In this document: positions 37,901 through 53,100 of the stretch, one piece after another
Layout of the letters: the number at the start of each line of letters is the position of its first letter
How positions within the stretch are numbered: the stretch's first letter is position 1
Origin: Thalia democratica
Lineage: Eukaryota
Assembly (NCBI GenBank): GCA_965202585.1
Contig: OZ241829.1
Span: 18,290,001-18,354,000 of the forward strand
Reading direction: 5' to 3'
Length of the DNA: 64,000 nt
Notes under the pieces: generated by a model
Told to the model about the DNA's origin: nothing
Databases searched by the model: none
What the model saw: only the letters and a program-made list of their open reading frames with translations
Program-made: the position numbers and the translations under genes

Positions 37901-40900
37901 GATAGATTATATTAAACCTTTTGTAGAAGCTGTTAATCGTAACGCACACTCACTAACACGATTAGTAGCACTAATCATTCTATTTGAGGATAAGTGCTAG
38001 CAGCAAGAGATCCATACCTGTGTCAGTATACGACCGCTCGAGGTTAGTTACTGATGCTGAAGAGGGTATGGACGCTAGTTACCACATACCAACTATAAAC
38101 CCTGAGCGGACTAACATATCTCACCAACACAAAGCGATATCAGAACAACACAAATCGATATCAGACGAAATGAAAGTGTTAGTAGCAAGAGCTGAGGGTT
38201 ATAATGGCATCCTTCAACGCTACGATCCACTACCTTTCGATAACATTAACGAATACACAACGAAAACGAAGACCATTAATAAACAAAAAATGCGCCAAAA
38301 CTATGTCGCACCGAACAGTTTTGAACATTTAACGGCGTACAGTCATCAAACGTCGTTAAAAAATGTTAATGAAATAATTAGAACATTAGAACGATAAAAA
38401 AAACTCTTCTTCCAATTTACGTCAACGACGGCAGTGTTTTTAATAAAGAAACTAGCGCAGATAAGCTTACACGTAAATTTCACCGTTTCACTAAAATTAC
38501 TAGACCACGCCAAACCCTGAATTACTTCGTCGGAGAATTTGAGCGACTCAATGTGACAGATGATCACACGAAATATAACATTATAGTCGGGAAATGGGTT
38601 CCCGACGAGGTGTCACAATACTATACGATAGTCAGCCCTGAAAAACAAAATTTTCAATCGTTCAAAGAATTTTTTGAAAGACTTGACTGTCCCTTTACGC
38701 CAATTCTTGGCAAACGTCCAATACATACGAGCTCTACTTCGTTTAGCGCGTATTTGGCCGAGGCTACCGAATGTGCAACAGCTCATGAGGATGACCGTAT
38801 TAAGTTCTTTTTATAATATCATGCTCCTAGTTCTTTGAAGAGCAGGATCGAAAAATATGTTGTAGAAGATCTTATACAATTTAAACGCCGCGTACAGACT
38901 ATGCGGTCACACCAAAGTGACGACCCTCCTGTATCCGATCCACCAGTCAATTATAACAAGTCAAGAAAAAACCAAGGCCATCAACGACATAATGGGCGTC
39001 ACAATAGCGGCAATGACAGGTATGTTAAACAAAGTTATGACAACAGCGGTAACTTGAGACAGAACTTTTAAAAGCGTTACCAAAATTACGGTAGTAGTAA
39101 TAATTACGGGCGTAACTTTAACAATCGAAATCAAAATTGCATTAATTTTTCTAGATACTTCGTTCGAAATTTTAATATCCGAAACCAAAATTGTTGTAAC
39201 GGTGGTAGTTATAGGCACGAACTTGATAATCGTTACCAAAACCATGGTAACAGTAATAACTATTAGCGCCACCGAAAAAAAAATGACGTTAGTAGACCTT
39301 ATAATAAAAAGTTATTAATAAAATTAAAGCTCTTACTAATTCACTTAACTTGAGGTTTAAATTAAACTTTATATCTAAATTGATAAACTTTATGATGTAT
39401 TTTATCGAAAAAAATGTGCTTAATGCAATTTGAATGAATATCATTTTTAATTTAATTTATATTTTGTGATGCTTTATTGTTGTCTTTTTCTTAAGTGTTA
39501 AGGAGGTGTTGCAGATTGACATAAATCATAAAAGTAGTATAAATAAGGAAGCTAATTTTTCAGAAAAAATTAGTTTTGAATCAAACATATAATAAAATAT
39601 GTTTGATCGTTGAGCTTCTCGTAATTCGTTTAAGTTGAGGTTTAAATTGAACTTTTTATTTATCATGATTAGTTTATTTTTATCAAAAAAATGTACTTAA
39701 TACGATTTAGATGAATCCCCTTTGTAATTTGATTTAAATTTCAAGTATATTTTGTGATACTTGATTATGGAGCATCTCGTAATTCGTTTAAGTTGAGGTT
39801 TAAATTAAACTTTTATAATGATTATTTATTTTCTGAATTTTTTATTCTTATTTTTTTTTTCTATCATTAATTGTTCTTAAAATAAAGTTTAAAATTTAAA
39901 TTCTATAGATTGAATAGAACGACTTTTTGAGAAGTATGATACTATTTGTTTGCTTTCATAAAACTTACTCATTAAAAAAAAATAAATAAAGTCGATATTG
40001 GACATCGACCTGAAAAATTTATTGTTTTCGCTTCGATAGTCAAAATGTCGAGTTAGTTAATAAATAAATTAAATTTTAAGTTTTTTTCGTTTAATGATAA
40101 TTAAATTAAAAACAATTTGGTTTTTTAAAACATTGTTTCGAACAAATAATAACAATCGCTAGTTAAGCTAGTTGACGCATTTTCGTTAATGCCATGTAGA
40201 GTAAACTAACAATCACGCCGGGTATCATGCTTCTACCAGCATGTTATAACTAGATAATTAGAACCATGCCTTGATCATGCGGAACTGTTATGCAAACGAG
40301 GTGTACATAAGCAGCCGAGCGAATGAGAGAGCAAGTTTTACCGACTTCATGTCAAGAAGAAAGCAGTTCCACGTCTCTTGGCGCTTTGAGCGTAAGCCGC
40401 CATCTTAGAAAAGCTAGATGATCTCCGGAAAATCCTTCTTATTCAAGTATTTGTTTGTTTATCTAAAACATTTACTTTGTACTTTACTTCATAACTTCGT
40501 AGTTTTTATATCTTATTCTATATACATTTTGTATACCTACTTTAGCAATGTCGACGGGGCGTACAGCTCGTTTTGAGTTGTTAGCATGCCATACTCATAA
40601 GTTTACGCATACTGTAGCAGACAAGCTGTCCTCCAGCAACAACTTTCAGTTTTGGTCAATTTGAACATAGAACTCAACGTATAAGCCTACACATTCGGTG
40701 GCATAAACTTATTACTTCTGTCTTTCTTTTCTTTATTTCAATATTTGTGTCTTTTTATTTTGCGCGCTCTACATCCGGTGTCACCCGGTTAAATTTGTAT
40801 AATCTACAGCCTATAGATATACACAAGCATGTTTCAAAACTATGTTAAAACTATTGGATTTTATTTAGTTTGCCTCTCCTACCAACCCCGGAAGATTTCA

Positions 40901-41227
40901 ATGTGAAAATGGTAGAACTAGACTTTACTGACTACACCATGACTAGATACGCTTGCGATAATTCAAATTACCAGTTTTTGTACTTTATTCATCTAAACAT
41001 CACTAAGTGATGAGTATATTTCAAGTTAAAAATCATTAATTAAATTAAGGTTTTTAGTTTCACCAACATAAAAAGCATAACTACGAAAAAAACCACATAA
41101 ATAAAACGACCAAATAAAAGCTTAAGTTGTATAAATTAAAATCTTCTTTACTAAAGTTTACCTTGACCAAAATGCTTAATATGTTGGTTTCTTATTGAAT
41201 TATTTTTGACTCACTAACAACTCACAG

Positions 41228-41351
41228 GGGAATACGAGTTCAGCTTAACGAAAAAAAAGGGTACGTTTAACCAGGCTCGGGAGCAATGTCAAAGATTGAA
41301 TGGAGACCTAATATATTAAAACTTGGGACCCGGCAGGAAAATGTATCACCC
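41228..41351 (+). pseudogene. R exon copy 2, same nonsense
   Basis: TAA at 41317-41319. Confidence 0.85.
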
Positions 41352-41741
41352 GTAAGTTGTATTTTAAATATATGTATATGTATGTCTATAAAACAAAACA
41401 GCATTTCGTTTGACAACTTGATAATGACTTGAATTTGTGTGAAAATACTTTTTTACCGTAAAAAATATTTCTTTCTTTCCAACTTAAAAAATCTCGATTA
41501 ATTCTGTGTGTTTCACTATTTAACTAACCTATCCTAAGAATATAACAGACAACTTAAGTTTTGGTTTAGTTAGCAAACTAACAACAACAAAAATTTGAGT
41601 ACCATCGGACGTACACAACTTTGCATATAAAATTAAATCCAACTAACATGCTTGATTTTTTCTTCATCTCTTTTACCGCATAAAGTCACAACGGATTCAT
41701 TTGAACTTTATTACCGCGTAAATCTGAAAATAAAAAAACAG

Positions 41742-42078
41742 AGAAATCAGGGATTTGGTCCTGGATAATCCAGCGTGGATCGGGCTGACCGACCAAGTTG
41801 TTGAGGGTGAGTGGCGAAAACCGGGATCTTCAGCTTCAGATGAGAAGTTTGACACTAGAATGAATGGAAACTTGTTCTCGTGGGTATGGCCTGAGCCCAA
41901 TAACGGCCGTGTTAATGGGATCACCGCAGTTTACCAGGACTGTGTGTATGTCGGTTATAAAGGCCCACTGAATATGGACGACACCAACTGCTGCACCGGT
42001 GTTCCGGCTGGAACATGCTCATCTTTTTACTCAGGCGACAAGTTTGGTCTTTGCGAGATAAAACTGCCCGAAGATTAA
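41742..42078 (+). CDS. Class S CTLD exon, copy 3 (open)
   Basis: Differs from copy 2 by K->N (RVKG vs RVNG). Confidence 0.55.
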
Positions 42079-42827
42079 AGAGAAATTTGAGCTGTGCGAA
42101 GCAGAGCACAGCGCTTGAAGGTGTTGAAGTTTTGTATTTGTTTTATGAGCTTCCGTTTTTAAATTATTTTGTTTTTGCTCCTTTTAATAAAACTTTGTAC
42201 TTTTTTTTCATTTAGATTTTATGGCTCTGTATTTTTTTCTTAGTTTTTAAAGTTTAGTTTAAACCTAGTTAGGTATATATCATTAAAATGCTGTAGTAAA
42301 ACATATTTTCATATTTAAATTACCTAATAAGTCATCGTAACACTGTAGAATGTTTTAGTATAGACTAGAATATTTTATAAGGTTATTTATTGCATTTGTT
42401 TAAAATCTAAAATTAAAAGCTATATGCATGTTTGTCTGCTGTACAGTGAAAAGCTGTAAGTTTTATTTTAAATATATTTGTCTTTAAAACATAACAGCAT
42501 TATGTTATAAAATTTGATTATGACATGAGTTAGTGTAAAAATACTTGTTAACAGTAAAAATATTTCTTTTATTACCAGCTTAAAAATCTCGATCAATTAT
42601 GTGTTTTTCACTAGTTAACTAACACATCCTAAGAATATAATAAACAACTTAAGCTTTGGTTTAGTTAGCAAACTAACAACAACAAAAAAATTGAGTAACA
42701 CAACTTTGCATATAAAAATAAATCCAACTGACATGCTTGATTTTTTCTTCATCTCTTTTACCAAAAAAAATCACAGCGGATTCATTTCAACTGTATTACA
42801 GCGTAAATCTCAAAGTAAAATAAACAG

Positions 42828-43110
42828 AGAAATCAGAAAATTGTTCCTGGATAAGGAAGCGTGGATCGGCCTGACCGACGAATTAGTTGAGGGCGTGTGG
42901 CGAAAACCGGAATCAGATGAGATGTTTGACACTGAAATGGGTGGAAACTTGTTCTCGTGGGCCTCAGGTGAGCCAAACGACGGCGGTGAACACACCATCC
43001 AAAACTGTGTGTATGTCCGTTTGAAGTTTGGACGGCTGGGTATGGACGACAATCATTGCTCGATTCCTTTAAAGTTGGGTCTCTGCGAGATAAAACTGCC
43101 CGAAGAGTAA
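42828..43110 (+). CDS. Class S2 CTLD exon, copy 3 (open)
   Basis: Same protein as copy 2 in the ORF track. Confidence 0.55.
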
Positions 43111-46100
43111 AAAATTGAGCTGTGCGTAGCAGGGCACAGCGCTTGTTGGTGCTGCTGTTTTGTATTTATTTTATGAGTTTGTGTTTTTAGATTATTTTGG
43201 TTTTGTTCGTTTTAATAAAACTTTGTACTTTTTTTTCATTTAGATTTTATAGCTCTGTATTTTTTTAGTTTTTAAAGTTTTGTTTAAATCTTGTTAGATA
43301 TATATCATTAAAATGCTAGTGTAAAACATTTTTTCTTCTTTGAATTACCTAATAAGTCATCGTAGTACTGTGTAATATTTTAGTATAGACTAGAATATTT
43401 TATAAGGTTGTTTATTGCATTTGTTTTAAATCTCAAATTAAGAGCTATATGCATGTTTTTCTGCTGTACAGTGAAAACAAGATTTTATTTCACTTTCTCG
43501 TTTGAGATATTTTAGTTGTTTTATCCCGTAAGATACACTTGTGCACAAAACAGCTTTACTGTGCTTAAATTATTTATTTCTTATTCAAAACTAGTTAATA
43601 CAAAACATTTCAAATTTACTCAATGTTGCACTCTTTTATTGTATTTATACTCCTAAAGCAAACTTAAATACAAGGCGTTGGACATATTTTTAATTGAAAC
43701 TACCTAAATATATAAAGTTTATTTAGAGAATAATAATATAGTACTTTTTTTTTTAAGTGGTAGAAGCTATTTGGCTTTAAAAATATTTCAGTAGTACTTG
43801 GTTGTTTTTTAAAACAATTTCTATTTTTATTAAAACAGTAAACGGTCTGCGGTAGACTACGTTTACTTCAAGCCTACAGTATATAATACCAACCTTTTGT
43901 TTAATACTTGTAATAAATTTTATTGTTTTGATATATCTCTTTAAGCTTAAATTGTGCTTCATAAGAATAGAAGTAGTTGTACACTTCAAGGTTACCTAAA
44001 CAAAGTATGTTTGGCACCGCATAATGATAGCAACTACTTATTTTTATTTCACTCAAGTAAAGTTGGGTAAAACTATTTTATATTTATTTGTAAACTAGTC
44101 ACTTATTTTTTTTTAGTTGTAAAAATAAGTATTCAAACAATTTTTTTTAAATGTACTAAATTAACGATTTAAACGACATAAACTAAATTTGCACAATCTT
44201 GTTGGCGAGTAATAATAAATTTATTGTTAATCTCAATAAGCCATCTGATATTTTCTGGTGGTCTTTTTAAACATCACAAGTTTGTTGCAGGGGTAGAAAG
44301 CTTTTTTATTTAACCGGCTTTCATTATTTGAAACATATATTAAAAAGGCTATACTGAAACTATGACTAAATTTAATGATAAAGTAAATTATATCAAAATA
44401 ACATAATCATATACAAATGAAAATTAGTTTTAGTTGCAAACTATTGTGTTTAAAAGTAAATTTACATGTAAAAACAGTATGCTGCTTTGTGACAAGCAAT
44501 ACTAGCATGAGACAAGTAAATTTTTAAAAATTACCTTTTAAAAATAACCAGTAGTTATTACGGCCATCATCAACAGAGTTGAGATGTTTCGCGCCATCAG
44601 TAATAATTAATGAGCTTTACCGCAAGATCAACAGCATCCGAGACAATCCTACGACCGGTTTCGTCCTAATTAGGGCTAATCAGGCAGGAATAGTCGCGAG
44701 AAACCGCTATTGTGATCTTAACCAAGCGGGCTTAAGTACAAAGTACTGATCATCAAACATAGCTAAAGTTATAAAAACTCAATAAAAAGTTTAAACTTAT
44801 TTACCTAATATAAAAGGTGAAAACGTAGTACAAATTACTAATATTAAAATAATATTCTATTAGGGGGAGACGTAGGGAAATAAAACTAATTAGTATCAAA
44901 AATAGAAATATGATGAAATCAGTAGTTAGTTTAGATCAGATAATAAATGTAAAGGAATTATTTACTTATTCTCTTCTTACTATCTTTGTGGAAAGTTACT
45001 GAATTTTATACTATTTGAATTAAATCTGCTCAGTTTTAAGCGAATATCTTCTACCCTCTCACACAATACGACATTTAATTTTTTTTCTTGGTAAGATTGA
45101 TTAAAACAAAAGAGTGATTTAATTACCATAACATACTATCTTGAAACTTTTTTTTTTGTCATTGAAAAACAAAAACTTTTTCAATTAAATTCATCGATTA
45201 TTTATTTTTCAGACTAATGAAAAAATATATGCTTAGTTGATCTCTTTTATTGAGTCAATACTCATTAAAAATGCCGATAAATACAAACAATAATTGCAAT
45301 AAAATTGCAATGTGTAAGTAGACTAAAAAACAAGTAGTAAACTACACCACAGTCATAAAATTCGACGTTTTATTCAAAGCTTTTGAAATAAAAGTTTCAC
45401 CTACACCTGAGGTTTAGAAAATGTTTAACCTAGTCTGAGTTTTTAAAATTTCAAAACTAGCCTGTTTGTTTGGCATCTGTGTTTAAAATAAAATTCACAA
45501 AATAAAGAAATGTCGAAGTTTGTTAAGAGTGAATTTGTTATATAGCTAAAAAAATATTTATAAGTCAGCTTTAATGAAATACTAAGTTTTATAAATATTT
45601 TTAATAAATGTATAAAATTTATTAAGCCATTTATGAAGTAGAAAAACTTATTTTCTATTGAGCATTGTAGCAATTTTTTATCTGCAATAAAAATACATAT
45701 TGCATTTAAAAACAGTAAATGTGATACACAAGACGAGCTATAGGAATAAAAAACTTTAGTTGGGATTTATTGCGAGAAACGAAAAAAAAATTGCTTAAAT
45801 CAGTTTTAACATAGTTATCATTAGTAACTACAGACTCATCAGAAAAAACTGTTAAGGAAAGTTATAAAGTAGCAAAAGTAATTAAAAAAAAACATACCGT
45901 TTAGAACTGAAAACTTATTTTAAAAATTTGTGATGGACGTTGTAAAACATTTTTACTATCTAGTATTAACTAGAATAGTTGTTTACTAACTAGAATTTAA
46001 CCTAGTTAAGCTTAATTAAGCATTTATTTATAGGATAGATTATATTAAACCTTTTGTAGAAGCTGTTAATCGTAACGCACACTCACTAACACGATTAGTA

Positions 46101-49100
46101 GCACTAATCATTCTATTTGAGGATGAGTGCTAGCAGCAAGAGATCCATACCTGTGTCAGTATACGACCGCTCGAGGTTAGTTACTGATGCTGAAGAGGGT
46201 ATGGACGCTAGTTACCACATACCAACTATAAACCCTGAGCGGACTAACATATCTCACCAACACAAAGCGATATCAGAACAACACAAATCGATATCAGACG
46301 AAATGAAAGTGTTAGTAGCAAGAGCTGAGGGTTATAATGGCATCCTTCAACGCTACGATCCACTACCTTTCGATAACATTAACGAATACACAACGAAAAC
46401 GAAGACCATTAATAAACAAAAAATGCGCCAAAACTATGTCGCACCGAACAGTTTTGAACATTTAACGGCGTACAGTCATCAAACGTCGTTAAAAAATGTT
46501 AATGAAATAATTAGAACATTAGAACGATAAAAAAAACTCTTCTTCCAATTTACGTCAACGACGGCAGTGTTTTTAATAAAGAAACTAGCGCAGATAAGCT
46601 TACACGTAAATTTCACCGTTTCACTAAAATTACTAGACCACGCCAAACCCTGAATTACTTCGTCGGAGAATTTGAGCGACTCAATGTGACAGATGATCAC
46701 ACGAAATATAACATTATAGTCGGGAAATGGGTTCCCGACGAGGTGTCACAATACTATACGATAGTCAGTCCTAAAAACCGAAATTTTCAATCGTTCAAAG
46801 AATTTTTTGAAAGACTTGACTGTCCCTTTACGCCAATTCTCGGCAAACGTCCAACACATACGAGCTCTACTTCGTTTAGCGCGTATTTGGCCGAGGCTAC
46901 CGAATGTGCAACAGCTCATGAGGATGACCGTATTAAGTTCTTTTTATAATATCATGCTCCTAGTTCTTTGAAGAGCAGGATCGAAAAATATGTTGTAGAA
47001 GATCTTATACAATTGAAACGCCGCGTACAGACTATGCGGTCACACCAAAGTGACGACCCTCCTGTATCCGATCCACCAGTCAATTATAACAAGTCAAGAA
47101 AAAACCAAGGCCATCAACGACATAATGGGCGTCACAATAGCGGCAATGACAGGTATGTTAAACAAAGTTATGACAATAGCGGTAACTTGAGACAGAACTT
47201 TTAAAAGCGTTACCAAAATTACGGTAGTAGTAATAATTACGGGCGTAACTTTAACAATCGAAATCAAAATTGCATTAATTTTTCTAGATACTTCGTTCGA
47301 AATTTTAATATCCGAAACCAAAATTGTTGTAACGGTGGTAGTTATAGGCACGAACTTGATAATCGTTACCAAAACCATGGTAACAGTAATAACTATTAGC
47401 GTCACCGAAAAAAAATTACGTTAATAGACCTTATAATAAAAAGTTCAGAATAAAATTAAAGCTCTTACTAATTCACTTAACTTGAGGTTTAAATTAAACT
47501 TTATATCTAAATTGATGGACTTTATGATGTATTTTATCGAAAATGTGCTTAATGCAATTTGAATGAATATCGTTTTTAATTTAATTTATATTTTGTGATG
47601 CTTTATTGTTGTCTTTTTCTTAAGTATTAAGGAGGTGTTGCAGATTGACATAAATCATAAAAGTAGTATAAATAAGGAAGCTAATTTTTCAGAAAAAATT
47701 AGTTTTGAATCAAACATATAATAAAATATGTTTTATCGTTGAGCTTCTCGTAATTCGTTTAAGTTGAGGTTAAAATTGAACTTTTTATTTATCATGATTA
47801 GTTTATTTTTATCAAAAAAATGTACTTAATACAATTTAGATGAATCCCCTTTGTAATTTGATTTAAATTTCAAGTATATTTTGTGAAACTTGATTATGGA
47901 GCATCTTGTAATTCCTATAAGTTGAGGTTTAAATTAAATTTTATATTTATAATGATTAGTTTATTTTCTAAATTTTGTTATTCTTTTTTATTATTTTTCT
48001 ATCATTAGTTGTTCTTAAAATAAAGTTTTAAATTTAAACTCTACAGATTGAACAAAACGACTTTTTGAGAAGTATGATACTATTTGTTTGCTTTCATAAA
48101 GCTTACTCATTAGAAAAAAAAAGTCGATATTTGACATCGACCTGAAAAATTTATTGTTTTCGCTTCGATAGTCAAAATGTCGAGTTCGTTAATAAATAAT
48201 TTAATTTTTAAATTGTTTTCGTCTAATAATAGTTCAAATAAAAACAATTTGTTTTTTTAAAACATTGTTTCGAACAAATAATAAAAATCGCTAGTTAAGT
48301 TAGTTGACGCATTTTCCTTAATGCCATGTAGAGTAAACTACCAATCACGCCGGGTATCATTTATATCTATCAGCATATTATAATTAGATAATTAGAACCA
48401 TGCCTTGATCATCCTTGATCATCCGAAACTTTTATGCAAACGAGGTGTTCATAAGCAGCCGAGCGAATGAGAGAGCAAGTTTTACCGACTTCATGTCAAG
48501 AAGAAAGCAGTTCCACGTCTCTTGGCGCTTTGAGCGTAAGCCGCCATCTTAAAAAAGCTAGATGATCTCCGGAAAATCCTTCTTATTCAAGTATTTGTTT
48601 GTTTATCTAAAACATTTACTTTGTACTTTACTTCATATCTTCGTAGTTTTTATATTTTATTCTATATACATTTTGTATACCTACTTTAGCAATGTCGAGG
48701 GGGCGTACAGCTCGATTTGAGTTGTTAGCGTGCCATATTCATAAGTTTACACATACTGTAGCAGACAAGCTGTCCTCCAGCAACAACTTCCAGTTTTGGT
48801 CAATTTAAACATAGAACTCAACGAAAGAAGCCTACACATTTGGTGGCATAAAATTATTACTTCTATCTTTCTTTTCTTTATTTCAATATTTTTATCTTTT
48901 TATTTTGCGCGCTCTACATCCGGTGTCATCCGGTTAAATTTGTATAATCTACAGCCTATAGATAAACACAAGCATGTTTCAACACTGTGTTAAAACTATT
49001 GGATTTTGAACAACAGTTTTATTTAGTTTGTCCTCTCCTACCAACCTCGGACGATTTCAATGTGAAAATCGTAGAACTAGACTTTACTGCCTACACCATG

Positions 49101-49387
49101 ACTAGATACGCATGCGATGATTCAAATTACCAGTTTTTGTACTTTATTCATCTAAACATCACTAATTGATGAGTATATTTCAAGTTGAAGATCATTAATT
49201 AAATTAAGGTTTTTAGTTTCACCAACATAAAAAGCATAATTACGAAATAAACCACATAAACATAACGACCAAATAAAAGCTTAATTTGTATAAATTAAAA
49301 CCTTTGTTACTAAAATTGTACCTTGACCAAAATGCTTAATATGTTGGTTTCTTATTGAATTATTTTTGACTCACTAACAACTCACAG

Positions 49388-49510
49388 GGGAATACGAGTT
49401 CAGCTTAACGAAAAAAAGGGTATGTTTAACCAGGCTCGGGAGCAATGTCAAGAAATGAGTGGAGACCTAATATATGAAAACTTAGGACCCGACGGGAAAA
49501 TGTATCACCC
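49388..49510 (+). pseudogene. R exon copy 3, 1-nt frameshift
   Basis: 123 nt versus 124; the A-run is one base short, giving a TGA. Confidence 0.8.
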
Positions 49511-49896
49511 GTAAGTTGTATTTTAAATATATGTATATGAATGTCTATAAAACAAAACAGCATTTCGTTTGACAACTTGATAATGACTTGAATTTGTGTG
49601 AAAGTACTTTTTACGATAAAAAATATTTCTTTTTTACCAACTTAAAAAACCTCGATTAATTCTGTGTGTTTCACTATTTAACTAACCTATCCTAAGAATA
49701 TAACAGACAACTTAAGTTTTGGTTTAGTTAGCAAAATAACAACAATTTTTTGAGTTACATCGGACATACACAACTTTGCATATAAAATTAAATCCAACTG
49801 ACATGCTTAATTTTTTCTTCATCTCGTTTACCGCAAAAAATCACAACGGATTCATTTGAACTTTATTACCGCGTAAATCTGAAAATAAAAAAACAG

Positions 49897-50179
49897 AAAA
49901 ATCAGAAAATTGGTCCTGGATAAGGAAGCGTGGATCGGCCTGACCGACGAATTAGTTGAGGGCGTGTGGCGGAAACCGGAATCAGATGAGATGTTTGACA
50001 CTGAAATGGCTGGAAACTTGTTCTCGTGGTCATCAGGTGAGCCAAACGACGGCGGTGAACACACCATCCAAAACTGCGTGTATGTCCGTTTGAAGTTTGG
50101 ACGGCTGGGTATGGACGACAATCATTGCTCGATTCCTATAAAGTTGGGTCTCTGCGAGATAAAACCGCCCGAAGAGTAA
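49897..50179 (+). CDS. Class S2 CTLD exon, copy 4, behind a class-S intron (chimeric)
   Basis: The upstream intron matches the one before 25453; the exon body matches class S2; open frame. Confidence 0.55.
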
Positions 50180-53100
50180 AAAATTGAGCTGTGCGTAGCA
50201 GAGCACAGCGCTTGTTGGTGCTGCTGTTTTGTATTTATTTTATGAGTTCCTGTTTTTAGATTATTTTGTTTTTGTTCGTTTTAATAAAACTTTGTACTTT
50301 TTTTTCATTTAGATTTTATAGCTCTGTATTTTTTTAGTTTTTAAAGTTTTGTTTAAATCTTGTTAGATATATATCATTGTAATGCTACTGTAAAACATTT
50401 TTTCTTCTTTAAATTACCTAATATGTCATCGTAGTACTGTGTAATACTTTAGTTTAGTCTAAATGTTTTGTAAGGTTTTTTTGTTGCATTTGTTTGAAAT
50501 CTCAAATTAAGAGCTATATGCATGTTTGTCTGCTGTACAGTAAAAACAAGATTTTATTTCACTTTCTCGTTTGAGATATTTTAGTTGTTTTATCCCGTAA
50601 GATACACTTGTACACAAAACAGCTTTACTGTGCTTAAATTATTTATTTCTTATTTAAAATTAGCTAATACTAAACATTTAAAAGTTCCTCAATGATGCAC
50701 TTCTTTATTGTATTTATACTCCTAAAGCAAACTTAAATACAAGGCTTTGGACATATTTTTAATTGAAACAACCTAAATATATAAAGTTTATTTAGAGAAT
50801 AATAATAAAGTACTTTTTTTTATATTTTAAGTGGTAGAAGCTATTTGGCTTTAAAAATATTTCAGTAGTACTTGATTTTTTTTTTGAAACAATTTCTATT
50901 TTTATTAAAACAGTAAACGGTCTGCGGTAGACTACGTTTACTTCAAGCCTACAGTATATAATACCAACCTTTTGTTTAATACTTGTAATAAATTTTATTG
51001 TTTTGATATATCTCTTTAAGCTTAAATTGTGCTTCATAAGAATAGAAGTAGTTGTACATTTCAAGGTTACCTAAACAAAGTATGTTTGGCACCGCATAAT
51101 GATAGCAACTATTTATTTTTATTTCAAACAAGTAAAATAGGGTAAAACTATTTTATATTCATTTGTAAACTAGTCACTTAATTTTTTTTTAGTTGTAAAA
51201 ATAAGTATTCAAACCACTTTTTTTAAATGTACTAAATTAACGATTTAAACGACATAAACTAAATTTGCACAATCTTGTTGGCGAGTAATAATAAATTTAT
51301 TGTTAATCTCAATAAGCCATCTGATATTTTCTGGTGGTCTTTTTAAACAGCACAAGTTTGTTGCAGGGGTAGAAAGCTTTTTTATTTAACCGGCTTTAAT
51401 TATTTAAAACATATATTAAAAAGGCTATAGTGAAACTATGACTAAATTTAATGATAAAGTAAATTATATCAAAATAACATAATCATATACAAATGAAAAT
51501 TAGTTTTAGTTGCAAACTATTGTGTTTAAGAGTAAATTTACATGTAAAAACAATATGCTGCTTTGAGACAAGCAATACTAGTATGAGACAAGTAAATTTT
51601 TAAAAATTACCTTTTAAAAATAACCATTAGTTATTACGGCCATCATCAACAGAGTTGAGATGTTTCGCGCCATCAATAATAATTAATGAGCTTTACCGCA
51701 AGATCAACAGCATCCGAGACAATCCTACGACCGGTTTCGTCCTAATTAGGGCTAATCAGGCAGGAATAGTCGCGAGAAACCGCTATTGTGATGTTAACCA
51801 AGCGGGCTTAAGTACAAAGTACTGATCATCAAACATAGCTAAAGTTATAAAAACTCAATAAAAAGTTTAAACTTATTTGCTTAATATAAAAGGTGAAAAC
51901 GTAGTACAAATTACTAATATTAAAATAATATTCTATTAGGGGGAGACGTAGGGATATAAAACTAATTAGTATCAAAAATAGAAATATGATGAAATCAGTA
52001 GTTAGTTTAGATGAGATAATTAATATAAAGGAATTATTTACTTATTTTCTTTTTACTATCTTTGTGGAAAGTTACTGAGTTTTAATCTATTTGAATTAAA
52101 TCTGCTCAGTTTTAAGCGAATATCTTCTACCCTCTCACACAATACGACATTTAATTTATTTTCTTGGTAAGATTGATTAAAACAAAAGAGTGATTTAATT
52201 ACCATAACATACTATCTTGAAACTATTTTTTTTGTCATTGAAAAACAAAAACTTTTTCAATTAAATTCATCGATTATTTATTTTTCAGACTAATGAAAAA
52301 ATATATGCTTAGTTGATCTCTTTTATTGAGTCAATACTCATTGCAAATGCCGATAAATACAAACAATAATTGCAATAAAATTGCAATATGTAAGTAGACA
52401 AAAAAAAACAGTTAGTAAACTACACCACAGTCATAAAATTCGACGTTTTATTCAAAGCTTTTGAAATAAAAGTTTCACCTACACCTGAGGTTTAGAAAAT
52501 GTTTAACCTAGTCTGAGTTTTTAAAATTTTAAAACTAGCCTGTTTGTTTGGCATCTGTGTTTAAAATAAAATTCACAAAATAAAGAAATGTCGAAGTTTG
52601 TTAAGAGTGAATTTGTTATATAGCTAAAAAAATATTTATAAGTCAGCTTCATTAAAAAAACAACTTTTATAAATATTTTTAATAAATGTATAAAATTTAT
52701 TAAGCCATTTATGAAGTAGAAAAACTTATTTTCTATTGAGCATTGTAGCAATTTTTTATCTGCAATAAAAATACATATTGCATTTAAAAACAGTAAATGT
52801 GATACACAAGACGAGCTATAGGAGTAAAAAACTTTAGTTGGGATCTATTGCGAGAAAAGAAAAAAAAAATTGCTTAAATCATTTTTAACATAGTTATCAT
52901 TTGTAACTACAGACTGACTAGAAAAAACTGTTAAGGAAAGTTATAAAGTAGCAAAAGTAATTAAAAAAAATATACCGTTTAGAACTGAAAACTTATTTTA
53001 AAAATTTGTGATGGACGTTGTAAAACATTTTTACTATCTAGTATTAACTAGAATAGTTGTTTACTAACTAGAATCTAACCTAGTTAAGCTTAATTAAGCA

